Below, piece by piece: positions 12,534-24,863 of a stretch of 43,175 nucleotides of DNA; position 1 is the first letter of the stretch, and each line of letters begins with the position of its first letter. This DNA is from Octopus bimaculoides (lineage: Eukaryota): contig NC_068991.1 of the NCBI RefSeq assembly GCF_001194135.2, forward strand, positions 79,542,758 through 79,585,932, in the 5' to 3' direction. The position numbers and the translations under genes were made by a program. The notes under the pieces are model-generated. The model had not been told where the DNA came from. It saw only the letters and a list, made by a program, of their open reading frames with translations, and ran no database searches.

Positions 12534-13025
12534 TATATATATATANNNNNNNNNNNNNNNNNNNNNNNNNNNNNNNNNNNNNNNNNNNNNNNNNNNNNNN
12601 NNNNNNNNNNNNNNNNNNNNNNNNNNNNNNNNNNNNNNNNNNNNNNNNNNNNNNNNNNNNNNNNNNNNNNNNNNNNNNNNNNNNNNNNNNNNNNNNNNNN
12701 NNNNNNNNNNNNNNNNNNNNNNNNNNNNNNNNNNNNNNNNNNNNNNNNNNNNNNNNNNNNNNNNNNNNNNNNNNNNNNNNNNNNNNNNNNNNNNNNNNNN
12801 NNNNNNNNNNNNNNNNNNNNNNNNNNNNNNNNNNNNNNNNNNNNNNNNNNNNNNNNNNNNNNNNNNNNNNNNNNNNNNNNNNNNNNNNNNNNNNNNNNNN
12901 NNNNNNNNNNNNNNNNNNNNNNNNNNNNNNNNNNNNNNNNNNNNNNNNNNNNNNNNNNNNNNNNNNNNNNNNNNNNNNNNNNNNNNNNNNNNNNNNNNNN
13001 NNNNNNNNNNNNNNNNNNNNNNNNA

Positions 13026-13065
<40 letters not shown>

Positions 13066-13181
13066 CAATATTTATAAACAAACTACAAGTCTTTGTACGC
13101 TACAGAAAGAAAGCGACTATGGAAGTCTATTAGTAAATAATAACTATAATCATATATCATAATAATAATATATATTCTCGG

Positions 13182-13502
13182 ATTTAAAGCGACATTTATA
13201 GGTAAACAAATTGACTGAAACATGATGAGCTAGCCCTAGCCAGAATAGTTGTTATTCTACTAATAGACTTAACATAATCGCATTCTCTCCGTAACTTACA
13301 AAGTCTCCTGCTTTGTTTATAAATATTAGGTAGTATTAGAGACTTTAAGCGTATATTTTGCTGAAATCGATCGATGAGTATTTGGCCCAATCGGACGCGC
13401 ATGTAGCTGTATAAGCGTTGATATGTTCGTTCGATTCTGGCTAAGGTTAGCTCATCATTTTTCAGTCAATTTAATTAATGTAAAGTTAATGTCGTTTTAA
13501 AT
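13182..13502. mobile_element. Non-autonomous fold-back/MITE-like element with long imperfect terminal inverted repeats
   Basis: 13208-13246 and 13434-13472 are reverse complements (36/39 nt). The outer pair 13182-13196 and 13488-13502 matches at 14/15 nt. Confidence 0.7.
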
Positions 13503-13532
13503 TGAAGAATATATATTATCATTATTATGATA

Positions 13533-13727
13533 AAGGCGGTGAGCTGGCAGATTCGTTGGCACGCTGGGCGAAATGCTTAGCGCTTTTTCGGCCGTCGCTA
13601 CGTTATAACATCAAATTCCGCCGAGGTTGATTTTGACGTTCACCCTTTTGGGTTCAATAAATTAAGTACCAGTAGGGGTTGATGTAATCGACAATCCCCC
13701 TCCCCATAATTCAGGCCTTGTGCCTAT
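13533..13727 (+). mobile_element. tRNA-derived SINE family A (ggcggcgagctggcaga... type)
   Basis: aaggcggtgagctggcagattcgttggcacgctgggcgaaatgcttagcg...caaattccgccgagg...aattaagtaccagt...gatgtaatcgac; multiple homologues in the window. Confidence 0.9.
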
Positions 13728-13789
13728 GTAAATTCCAATAGAAGGTCATATTTTACGCCTACAAAATATCTCAGCAATGAGAATATAGG

Positions 13790-14120
13790 GGACGACTAGC
13801 CTAAAATATGAACTTCTATCGGAACTTACATTCCATGGACAAGAAGCCTCTTTACCCATTCAACACAGCCCATTCCTTGGATAATGCAAGAGCAACTTTA
13901 GCATCCAACATATATTTGTTTATCCTCATATTTCCCTTCATACTTCTTATATCTTTACCTTTCCAAAATAACTTCTTACATCAAAATATTTCCCCTAATT
14001 TTGTCTCTGATGAACGGATATCTTTTATATCCCTGAAACAGCTGTAAGACTACCTTTCTCTTTATAAATGTCCTAGAAATTTCACACTGCCTTGGTTCTG
14101 TTGTATCATTTTATTTAACA
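13790..14120 (+). mobile_element. Penelope-like element 3' end/terminal repeat carrying a hammerhead ribozyme
   Basis: Degenerate ORF end (GQEASL...), pyrimidine-rich UTR, hammerhead at 14003-14050, and a tail shared with the 5134-5209 and 2894-2960 copies. Confidence 0.6.
14003..14050 (+). ncRNA. Minimal type I hammerhead ribozyme (Penelope-associated)
   Basis: Stem I gtct(14003-6)/agac(14047-50); core CTGATGA 14007-13; stem II ggatat/atatcc; GAAA 14035-38; palindromic stem III ACAGCTGT; cleavage triplet GUA ending at 14046. Confidence 0.85.
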
Positions 14121-14207
14121 TACACAGGCTTACACACGACCCTCAGACTCCACACTCATACTAATATTGAACCAGGAGTCTAACAGCGGTCCTTCCGTAG
14201 CACTTAC

Positions 14208-14233
14208 ATAGACTTTCCTGCCTTTTGGGTCTT
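14208..14233 (-). CDS. Candidate 26-nt micro-exon, (x)DPKGRKVY
   Basis: Acceptor tagtatccag and donor gtaagt; phase 1 to 0, compatible with the 10221-10137 candidate. Confidence 0.15.
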
Positions 14234-14461
14234 CTGGATACTAATATCTCCCATATTATATATGCAGGACGAAGTTTTGTCGTTGAACAGGTTACGGTTC
14301 AAAGCGACGAAAATATTTTGACATAAATTTAAATGTTGAAGTGAATCTAACGGTTTTCATGTCTTCTTAAAAGGCTTATAAGCATCTTCTACGCTGCAAT
14401 TATTCTTGTTTCAGCACACGATCTCAGATCAAGTCACTTGCCATGCAAGTACATCTCTGTT

Positions 14462-14502
<41 letters not shown>

Positions 14503-16216
14503 AGAGAGAGAGAGAAAGAAAAAATAAATATAGATATATATGCATATATATTTATAAATGCATTCAGATCTATATTTATAAATGTATGCATATATGTATG
14601 TGTATGTATGTACATGTATTTAGTTTTCCAAAATGTATCTACCGAAACGTTCCCCAGAGTAAAGCGTATCATGATAATATATAGATATGTCATGAAATCG
14701 TTCTCATAGAAGTGAATCATTCTCATATGAATGAAGGCTGTCTTCAGGAATATCAACGCACTGAGTCGAATGGAGGAATGCAGAAATCTCACGAGAGCAA
14801 TCAGAATATTCTGTTGATTATTTATATTTATGTATAGTGACAGTCTGATTCTGCATCACATGATTTTAATATTCACAGACGTTTAATGTATGTAACCCTC
14901 CAATAACTAACACTTAACATATTATATATCTTTAGATGCTATTTGTGATCACAAGCCTGGGATTAAAAAGTCATATGTTATATTTGTGGCAACGGGTTCC
15001 ATATAAATTGTTCCTATGTTGTAATAGCAATCTCTTGTAATAGCAATACATATATCATGGAAATGTAATTTAAAGCGGCTTTGTCCACATACTACACCTC
15101 TTAATGATATCCTGATTTTAAGAATATATATCGTTGTGATTTATCAATGGTGTGTACTCACAGAGAGCCACATTCTAAGACGACATTTGTTGCCTCACAT
15201 ATATAGGAAACATGGAATATAGCATTGACCGTTGTTGCACACACCCATCTAGCAGAATAACAATCTGACGCCATTGATTGTGTAATAAGTCAGTGCGAGA
15301 TCGAAATGCGTCTGATGATCTTTCTAACCACTGCTGAGATCACTTCGTTTTCTTCCATTACATATTGTGCCTTTAAACACAGCACACCCACAGAAAATGC
15401 TATCTTTGATATCATCAAAGTAAATTGCATTTCAAAGAATTAACATAGACGCGTATTTGCTGCTTTTATGAAATTAAATTACATCGCTTTGTAGAGTGAA
15501 TGGGTTCCTGGAGATTTCAAATTCCACAAACACACCTGAAGGGTTTTCAAATATATTTCTCTCCCAAGTCAAAGAACATTTGCCTTAACCAAGGAACCTA
15601 CTTGTACAGCGGGTCTCAATTTAGGATTATAAACGATAAAGATGTGAATTCCTTTGCAAGTCTGGCCCAGACATCTATCGTCTCAGTACGTACACACTCG
15701 TATCGTTTTCTGTGATTACATATAAACATTTCATACTAACATTTGTGCATCTGTGTCAATAAATTTGTACATATGAAAATGGTTGTATCCATGAACCTAT
15801 CTATCTGTCTATCTATCTATCTATCTATCTATCTATTGATTAATCGATCGGTCTTCTGTCGGTCTGTCTATGTATCTATCTTTCAATATATATATGCATA
15901 TTCACACATGCATATATATATATATATATATATATANNNNNNNNNNNNNNNNNNNNNNNNNNNNNNNNNNNNNNNNNNNNNNNNNNNNNNNNNNNNNNNN
16001 NNNNNNNNNNNNNNNNNNNNNNNNNNNNNNNNNNNNNNNNNNNNNNNNNNNNNNNNNNNNNNNNNNNNNNNNNNNNNNNNNNNNNNNNNNNNNNNNNNNN
16101 NNNNNNNNNNNNNNNNNNNNNNNNNNNNNNNNNNNNNNNNNNNNNNNNNNNNNNNNNNNNNNNNNNNNNNNNNNNNNNNNNNNNNNNNNNNNNNNNNNNN
16201 NNNNNNNNNNNNNNNN

Positions 16217-16293
<77 letters not shown>

Positions 16294-17659
16294 GATAGAT
16301 AGGTATCAGTCACAGACACACTTGTAAGGACATATATACATTCATGTGTATTGCTATTGTTTTAGTAATTCAAGTGGTATTTTTTCCAGGCCCACACACG
16401 CTTGATATCAGCGTAACTGTTGATGTCGACAGACGACTAGGAAACGGATTGTGTATATTCGTCCCTTCTCATGCACAAAACACATTAGAATAGAGAGGAT
16501 ATAAACTACTGGAGTATAGAAAATTGTTCACCGATTTATCAGTCCTCCCTTCCTTGTTATTATTATGATGTATTTAAAGAACACAAGAATGTTTACTTTA
16601 TTACGTTAATCTGGCATCGTGAAAATTTATAATGGAAAATTGGTGTTATGTATCAATCAATACATAAGGAAATATGAAATATATCATCAATTTCAGGATC
16701 TATTGTAAGAAGTATTATATAATGAAAGCTATATTTTTATCCTTTATTTAGTCATTAATTGTAATTTAACACCACATATTTCATTGAATGCATGAGAATT
16801 ATTTAGGAATGGATAAGAATCTTTCGTCTTTCATAATGTGTTATTTATAATTCGTCCGAAGAATAAAGATTTATGTCTCCCACGAAGAATACGGATTCTA
16901 TCCTGTTTCTCCAGTCTATTTCTCAAATAACGGAAACAAATAATATTTGAAAACTGAATATACACGATCTAATACAAATAATTCCAGACTTATGCTATAT
17001 ATGAAACAAGGGAAGACCTTGCAAATGAAATCTAAGGATTTAATGCTGACTGGTCATAATGCCACATGCTATGTGTTATTTGTAAATAAAGAAGTGCAAT
17101 ATAAGTTACTTTTGTAACTAAGAGAAATAGATGCACTTTTATTGATTCATATATCGCAAAAAATACGGTTTTCTGATTTTTCTATTTCTTTAAAACGCTG
17201 CTTTTCTTGCCCAAATCTTTGCGATTACAATATTTTAATCTCTTAAACTATGGTATGGTCAAGCGTGACGATGAGAAATATACAGGGTGAATTAACAATT
17301 GTTTACAAAGATTGAAGGGGACTCTAGAGGTGCCTCTGTAAGATCTGGACCAGAACTTGTTGGATCGTCCATGTTTGTAAGGTAATAAACGTGCAATATA
17401 TTTTTTTCTTACATATTTATATTGTCCTTTGAAACGCACGTATGGAATGAATCCAGATTTGTATTAAATCCAATTTTGATGCAACATCTTTTTCTCCTCC
17501 ATTTCTATATAATTGTTTATGGTATATTTTTATACCTATAACGATATTTTTCAACTATATATACACACAGACACATCCTTATATNNNNNNNNNNNNNNNN
17601 NNNNNNNNNNNNNNNNNNNNNNNNNNNNNNNNNNNNNNNATATATATATATATACTTAC

Positions 17660-17830
17660 ATGTTCTTAATAATTTTCACATTTTGTTAATCGAGATTATC
17701 TTCATTAATACTACTTTCTCTAACCTGCTCCTTTCATTTGTTTTAATATCTCTCCTAATTTCTTTAATTTTTATTTTATCATCATTTATATAATTAGATA
17801 ATCTCTTAACCCATATCCGTGCATTAGATC
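17660..17830 (-). mobile_element. Probable decayed LINE ORF2 C-terminal fragment
   Basis: Translation IWVKRLSNYINDDKIKIKEIRRDIKTNERSRLEK resembles L1/Tx1-type C-termini; weak. Confidence 0.3.
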
Positions 17831-17944
17831 TTTGCTTCAAAACTGATGACTGATTGATCTCTTACTTGTCATAGCTCACCCGCTTACCCGCTTTTTATAA
17901 CACTTCGATTTACATCCGGATTTTCTTGCAATAATCGATTTAAT

Positions 17945-18072
17945 ATTGGTTTCGAATTTTGGCACAAGGCCAGCATGTTCGGGTGTCGGTGGAAGTCGAT
18001 TATATAGACTTCAGTTTTCAACCGGTCATTATTTTCCTGACCCAGAAATAATAAAAACGCAAAGTCAACCTC
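17945..18072 (-). mobile_element. SINE family A, 3' half, diverged
   Basis: ttcgaattttggcacaaggccagc...aagtcgattatatagac...gcaaagtcaacctc, reverse-homologous to 13620-13727. Confidence 0.7.
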
Positions 18073-18973
18073 TCGCTCTTTCTCCCTATCCCTCTCGCTC
18101 TTTCTCCCTATCCCTCTCGCTCATTCTTTTTTTTTTTTTTGTTTCTCTTCAATATATGAGTCTCTAGCGCATTTTTCTTCTTTTTTATTCCTATCTCTGG
18201 CTACGCTATATTATTTACATATTCTAAATCACAAAATACGCATAACCTTCATGACCCTTTTAAACATTATCTGTGTTTGGCCAAATTAATTTTCCGCTTT
18301 TATCACATATTCAGTAAACTATGGTCGCCTTTCGAATAATTCTTATTTCTCAAAATGATTTGAAGTGGTAAGTTTCTTCTCAATGTATAAGATAACTCTA
18401 TCATTAAATCATTGCCAAGTCACACTAACTTCCATACATGTTACTGATCGCTATTTTCGCTATACTACAAATATTCAAATTTTTACGCTTCATTTCATTC
18501 ATATAATCTAAAGTATAATCCTAATCGATAAGCTGTCTACCACTTCCCTACTTTATGTCCTTTGTAGGGTAAAGATCTAGCTCTTGTAATTCAGCGTCAG
18601 AATAATTTTCTGCGTGTGATCATAATCAAGCAAGAACTAACGTTTTACATAATTTCGACCTAAACATTCCTGACATATTTTTTCTCCTTTCCATATAACT
18701 GGGCCTTGGATTAGCTATTATCTTCATACACCTTACTCTACTGATCTGCCTCTATTTATCAATAAATCCTTTTCTTGTGCACGAAGGTTTTAAAAGTTAT
18801 TAGGACATGTTATGATGCGTCGTTTCATAACTAAGTCGGCATTGATCAATGGACATCGTAGAGATTCCGATGTAAAATCTGAGTCAGAAATATCTGCACC
18901 AGACGGATTATACAACATTGAAATTTACAATATATATTTTACGGGCACACCTATGTTTTCTCACGATGCTTGA

Positions 18974-19005
<32 letters not shown>

Positions 19006-19082
19006 ACAGTATCTTGCGCATGTGTCTTCTACAATAGCCTCGTACCTCCATAAGCTCTATGAGTATTTGGTAGACATAAATT

Positions 19083-19119
<37 letters not shown>

Positions 19120-19280
19120 TGTTTGAAATATTCGAAATATTGTTCACTAGATAACAAATGGCACTCTTCTTTTAATTTTGACTCTATATCTTCAGGAGTT
19201 ACCTCAATCCTTTCTATATTATTATTATTATTATTATTAATCATTATCAGTAGTAGTAGTATTATTCAAATCATTGCTTA

Positions 19281-19339
19281 GAATGGAACTCGGAATCTTG
19301 GGGTTAGTAGCCCGCGCTCTTAACCACTACGCCATATGC
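19281..19339 (-). mobile_element. Truncated tRNA-like SINE head (Pol III A/B boxes)
   Basis: Minus strand gcatatGGCGTAGTGGTTAAGAGCGCGGGCTACTAACCCCAAGATTCCGAGTTCCATTC; A box intact, B box GTTCCATTC, no acceptor-stem 3' half. Confidence 0.65.
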
Positions 19340-19374
19340 ATGTAGGCAATTATGGAGTGAATTTTAGGGCTTAT

Positions 19375-19500
19375 AAATCTAATATTCTCCTATCCTTCCT
19401 TAATACCGGTTCCCATATGCTGTTCATATCCGCACTTAGTCTGCTTAGGAGATTGTTGTATCCTAGCATATGTGCTGCTTCTTTTGGTTTTCGTATACAA
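19375..19500 (-). mobile_element. Penelope-like GIY-YIG C-terminal fragment
   Basis: Translation RKPKEAAHMLGYNNLLSRLSADMNSIWEPVLRKDRR matches the PLE terminal R..KEA......N...........W.P.L pattern. Confidence 0.6.
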
Positions 19501-20687
19501 GAAAGCAAATATGGACATACATTCGCTGACATACAGAAACACACGCGCTCTCACATTGCAATACATACAAGCAAATTTGCATACGTACTTCAATACGTAG
19601 TGTATAAAGATTGCATTGATCAACATTTATGCTGATCAATGTGATCTAATTCTATTTTGAAATGTCCTCCTTAAATTGACTTCCGCTTATAAATCCCGTT
19701 ATGCCAGATTTCACATTTGAGGAGTGGAAGAGTGCTTTCTTTCAATAAAATCTTTTCCTATTTAACTTTCATTCTGTTAATTATTTATCATTATTATTAC
19801 TATTGCTTTTTCTTTAGAAATCCTGTCGTTTTATTTTCGGTCTGATACGCTTCCATCAACTTCAAAGGAGATACAACTAATAACAAAATTCATTATTCAT
19901 GCACTGTTGTTGTTGTTTCTGTTGCATTTACTTTTTGTAACACAGCCATTGTTTACGTACGACTCTATTCTAACTTTCTAGTTTATAACATTTTTCTCTT
20001 ATCCTTCCACTTACATCATGTTTTAATTAAATTTAATGAGATACATTTAATTCTACATTTTTGGCATTCTTTTTGAAAGTGAAGAAATATATTATTTTAT
20101 TCTTTGTTTTTATTCTGTTTTATTTGTGTACAGCAATTTTTTTTTTATAAAACATTAACAGTCGCCATTTATGTTACCGACATTGAAGTAGTATACTAAG
20201 TAGCATGATTGTTTTAAGTGTTGATTAATGAGGTAAGCTTCCAGCAAAATGTATCTAAGATTAGAACTTAATTTCGATTTCTAACTCATATTATTTGATT
20301 CCACCTTCTGCTGAACACCATTGAAGTACTTAAAAGAGGAAACGAAAGTCGTATATCCTTATTGAATGAATGTTTCACCGAAAGCATGTCTGAGTAACGA
20401 AGAGAATAATCTTCAGCATAGGCATTTAACATGTGCAATTATAAAGTTAGATTACGATATCTTTATTATCTTTATCTAAGGTTTTATATTTACCCTTCTG
20501 AGAAGTAAAGTGGAAAGAACATAATGTTTGTTAACTATCAAATTTCGGAGAGAAGAAAATTTAGATGTTTGAGAGTTTTAATGTTTAGTTGGAATGGAAA
20601 AATTTCATTGTTGCGGGAAGAAAATCGAATAGATTCGGATAACTGGAAATATGCAACTTTAAGAGGCATAAATATTTAGTACTCCCT

Positions 20688-20738
20688 ATGTATGTATGTA
20701 TGTATGTATGTATGTATGTATGTATGTATGTATGTATG

Positions 20739-20773
<35 letters not shown>

Positions 20774-20812
20774 ATCTATCTATGTATGTATGTATCTATC
20801 TATCTATCTATA
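20688..20812. repeat. Compound (TATG)n(TCTA)n microsatellite
   Basis: Direct inspection. Confidence 0.95.
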
Positions 20813-21408
20813 TACCTGGTCTTCTGTCTGCCTGTCTGTTTGTCAGTCTTTCCTTTTCTCTGTCATTTAGTCGTTTCAGACATATGGATAGTGGCTATGT
20901 TAGGGCACCATCTGGTATTACTCAGTAATACCAGAATCGACAGTAGTACATATTCCATGTCTCGCATTTCCTCTCTNNNNNNNNNNNNNNNNNNNNNNNN
21001 NNNNNNNNNNNNNNNNNNNNNNNNNNNNNNNNNNNNNNNNNNNNNNNNNNNNNNNNNNNNNNNNNNNNNNNNNNNNNNNNNNNNNNNNNNNNNNNNNNNN
21101 NNNNNNNNNNNNNNNNNNNNNNNNNNNNNNNNNNNNNNNNNNNNNNNNNNNNNNNNNNNNNNNNNNNNNNNNNNNNNNNNNNNNNNNNNNNNNNNNNNNN
21201 NNNNNNNNNNNNNNNNNNNNNNNNNNNNNNNNNNNNNNNNNNNNNNNNNNNNNNNNNNNNNNNNNNNNNNNNNNNNNNNNNNNNNNNNNCTGATATTTTA
21301 TGAATCGAGTTAAAGATAACAAGAACGGATAATTTGAGACAGATTCAAAGTTTTATCGAAGAATCTCTGCCTTTATTTATTCAGGAGTTATATTCCATAT
21401 TGTTTCTT

Positions 21409-21636
21409 ATTTCTTTATTGCCCACAAAGAGCTAAACATAGAGGGGACAAACAAGGACAGACAAAGGTATTAAGTCGATTACATCGACCCCAGTGCGTAA
21501 CTGGTACTTAATTTATCGACCCCGAAAGGATCAAGGGCAAAGTCGATCTCGGCGGAATTTGAACTCAGAACGTAACGGCAGACGAAATACCGCTAAGCAT
21601 TTCGCCCGGCGCACTAACGTTTCTGCCAGCTCGCCG
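21409..21636 (-). mobile_element. SINE family A, near full length
   Basis: Minus strand cggcgagctggcagaaacgttagtgcgccgggcgaaatgcttagcggtatttcg...gggcaataaagaaat. Confidence 0.93.
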
Positions 21637-21639
21637 GAC

Positions 21640-21790
21640 TTCCATATTGTTTCTGTCGACCAAATTCTATGAACAAGGCATTGGTGAAGAGAGGAGCTTC
21701 GTATGTTACTGCATAGTAACGAAATAGAACACTGAACCACGTGGATTCGGTGAGAGTTCCCTATCTCCACATCCATACATGCCCTTGATC
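21640..21790 (-). mobile_element. SINE family B, diverged 5' part
   Basis: ccaaattctatgaacaaggcattggt...actgaaccacgtggattcgg resembles 12410-12530. Confidence 0.45.
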
Positions 21791-21899
21791 GCAGAAACAC
21801 GATCAGAAAATTGTTTACGTGGGGCATGGTGGGAATTTGTCTTTAAGAAAAAACAAGTTATTTAATGTCTTCTGCTTATTTAATTCTAAATGGTGTGAG

Positions 21900-22075
21900 G
21901 ACAGCAAACTGGCAGATTTGTTAGAATGTTGGGGAGAGATGTCACGGCGGTATACGTTCCGACTCCTTACATTCTAAGTTCAAATCCAGTCGATGTCAAC
22001 TCTGTATTTGTGCAGCCGACAGCATCAACTAATCTCCCAACTAAAATTTCCGGTCTTGTGTCTAAATTAAAAACC
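21900..22075 (+). mobile_element. SINE family A, diverged
   Basis: cagcaaactggcagatttgttagaatg...acattctaagttcaaatcc...aaatttccggtcttgtgtctaaatt. Confidence 0.7.
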
Positions 22076-23594
22076 CTAGTCTCATGCTCTTTAATCTCTG
22101 CTGCATTAGTAACCATTTTTATTAGCGTCTTAGAATGTACATTACTTTTCAGAATGCATTTTATTGACTTGAAACGTATCTTTATTTATTATTAATTATT
22201 TATTTGGTACGGTGGAGAGATTGTTTAATAATATGTCTGTAGTATTACAATTTGAACAAAAACTTGCAAAAAGAAAAAAATAAGTGAATGCAAACCAGAC
22301 ATCTCTTGATTATATGTTAAAGCATGATATAAGAAAAGAAAAAGAAGAAAAGGAGACAATCACATCTCATTCATTGAACATATTGGAATATTCGCGTTGC
22401 ACATTCATCAATTAATCGCATTAATCCAAGTAAAAAAACGCACAAATAAAATAATCTTAATTTCGAAGATAACAGACTGTGTTTTTCAATCAAATTCGTG
22501 TTTGGAGGCATTACCAAGGACAACGGTTATATAGTCTCACTTTTGTATCCATTCAAACTTAGGCATGACATACATTCCATTTAGTCATTTGGTGTATTAT
22601 GCTACAAGCTATTTGTATCGATAGAAATTTTTAAGAAATAAGTTAGTTGATTAATCGATACCAGACTCAACAGCCACAAAGCTCGGATGAAATTAGTATC
22701 TGATACTGATAAATTACTGTTCTTTTTTTGTTTTATTTCGGTTTTTGTTTTCACAGAAAGACGTTAGAAGCCTTGTTATCAGCTATCTTTGCCCTTTCAT
22801 GTTTCAGGAAATGCTGGCAGTGAAATAACTCTTATATCGATCAACAGTCCTATATGTGTATATATTTAGAGATTAAAAGATAAACGTATATAGAACAGAG
22901 TATCTACACACACGCCGCGCACGCACATACACACAAAGGCAAACACACTCACACAATTCGCGTTGGCATACTTTCAAAAAAATTTGTCATATACATAAGG
23001 CTGTAGGGGTATGCATGCATGCATATGCATTTATATACATAGATGAATGTATATGTGTGTGTGTACGTATATATATATATATATAGTTATGCATGCGGAC
23101 AAATGTGTGATAAGAGGTTTTGAAACCGTGGATGGACAGTCCGTAGGTATATGAAAATTATTGTTTCATTTCTTCAAGACGATATGGTATTTCAGATAAT
23201 TTGATGATTTAGCTGCGATATGTGGCATTTCGAGAAAATGTGAAAAGGTTCAGTAATAGAATCGTTGATGTTATATTTCTTGTTTAGCCTCAAGACATCT
23301 TTAAATCAAACATACTTGTGATGCAATGCATTCCATCCGTGACAGCCTCGTCCATTTTTGAAGCAGATGTCAAAGTGCATTAATGTCTTAAGAGCCACAT
23401 CAGCAATGGCCTTTTTCAGGCAGCATCACATAACGCATACGGCCATATATTTCTTTGGTTTTTGTGTGGTATATGTGCACTCATACATCTATACAAATAA
23501 TATATATTTGTTGCTTCATATATGTAGCCATCTATGTATAAATATATACATACACACAAGTGTATACCTATCTATCTGTCTATCTATATATCTA

Positions 23595-23643
<49 letters not shown>

Positions 23644-24151
23644 NNNNNNNNNNGCCATATATTTCTTTGGTTTTTGTGTGGTATATGTGCACTCATACAT
23701 CTATACAAATAATATATATTTGTTGCTTCATATATGTAGCCATCTATGTATAAATATATACATACACATGTGCCTACATATACATATAAACAACGTATAT
23801 TGCATTACATGGGAATCATTCTTACCACTACACCGTCTACATCTCACATTTTAATGCACTCTCACTTTTCTTCTCTCTCTATCTCTTTCTTATTACCAAC
23901 GTCACTTTCTTTCTCTCTATTTCTGTCTCTTTCTCTCTGCCTATCTCTCTTCCTTCCTCTCTTCCCCTTAGTTTCTGCGACTACCTAACCCATAGTGTAT
24001 CTCTTAAACCTTTCTCTTTTCACGGGACACAATTCTTTTGGGACTCAAATCCTGCTTAAATCTTTCCCAAGTTGAAACTTCGAAATTACTGGGGAATTTT
24101 TATAATTAGTAAGAAGTGTATTCTTATGCAATATACACAACTAATATTCTT

Positions 24152-24362
24152 TTCTACTCTAAGCACAAGGCCCGAAATTTATGGGGTGGGGGCCAGTCGA
24201 TTAGATCGACCCCTTTATGCAACTGGTACTTCATTTATCGACCTCGAAAGAATGAAAGGCAAAGTCGACCTAGGCGGAATTTGAACTCAGAACGTAAAGA
24301 CAGACGAAATACCTCTAAGCATATTGCCGGGAGTGCTAACGTTTTCGCCAGCTCACCGCCTT
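24152..24362 (-). mobile_element. SINE family A, near full length
   Basis: Minus strand aaggcggtgagctggcgaaaacgttagcactcc...gggtcgatctaatcgactgg...gggccttgtgctt. Confidence 0.92.
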
Positions 24363-24392
24363 ATACACAACCAATATTACCTCATCAAATAT

Positions 24393-24600
24393 GCCGGCGA
24401 GATAGCAGAATCTTTAGCGCGCCATTTTACATTCTGAATTTACATTCCGTTGAAGTCGATTTTACCTTTCATCCTACATGAAATGTAAAATCGTTTGGGA
24501 GTCGATAATATAAGTACCAGTTCAGTACCGGGGTCGATATTATCAACTTTTCCCTCCCCACAGAACTGCTGGCCTTGTAGCAAAATTCCAAACGAATATT
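24393..24600 (+). mobile_element. SINE family A with internal deletion
   Basis: gccggcgagatagcagaatctttagc...gaagtcgattttacctttcatcc...aagtaccagt...ggggtcgat...ggccttgtagcaaaattccaaacgaatatt. Confidence 0.85.
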
Positions 24601-24863
24601 ACCCCTTGAAGCACTGAAAATCTCGTTCATGTTCAGGATACAACTCATCACGCTGCGCTACTGCTTTGTGAAAATGCATGGCACATGGTCGTCGTTGCTG
24701 TTGTTTCTTTTCCTTGCTGATATATTTGCCGTTGCTTCGATCGAGGACAGTCTTAATCAGACAGAGTGAAATGCCTACCTGCTGTGACTACTGACATTTT
24801 CCTCTACAGAAACAACAATGCGTCTGTCATATTCATGACATTATTCAAGATGGTAGAATTTAC

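Noticed and set aside
7292-13162. Long ORFs of 180-405 aa in the ORF track (also those at ~15.7-16.3, 20.7-21.3 and 38.9-39.6 kb)
   Set aside because: They run through N gaps and (TA)n/(CA)n microsatellites (IY/HT/CV/SL repeats) and are not real coding sequence
19281-19339. Possible tRNA gene
   Set aside because: Lacks the 3' acceptor-stem half and has an altered T-loop; interpreted as a SINE head
23442-23768. Exact ~115-bp direct duplication flanking a 10-N gap
   Set aside because: Identical copies on both sides of a minimal gap next to (TA)n indicate an unmerged contig overlap (assembly artefact); long reads would confirm
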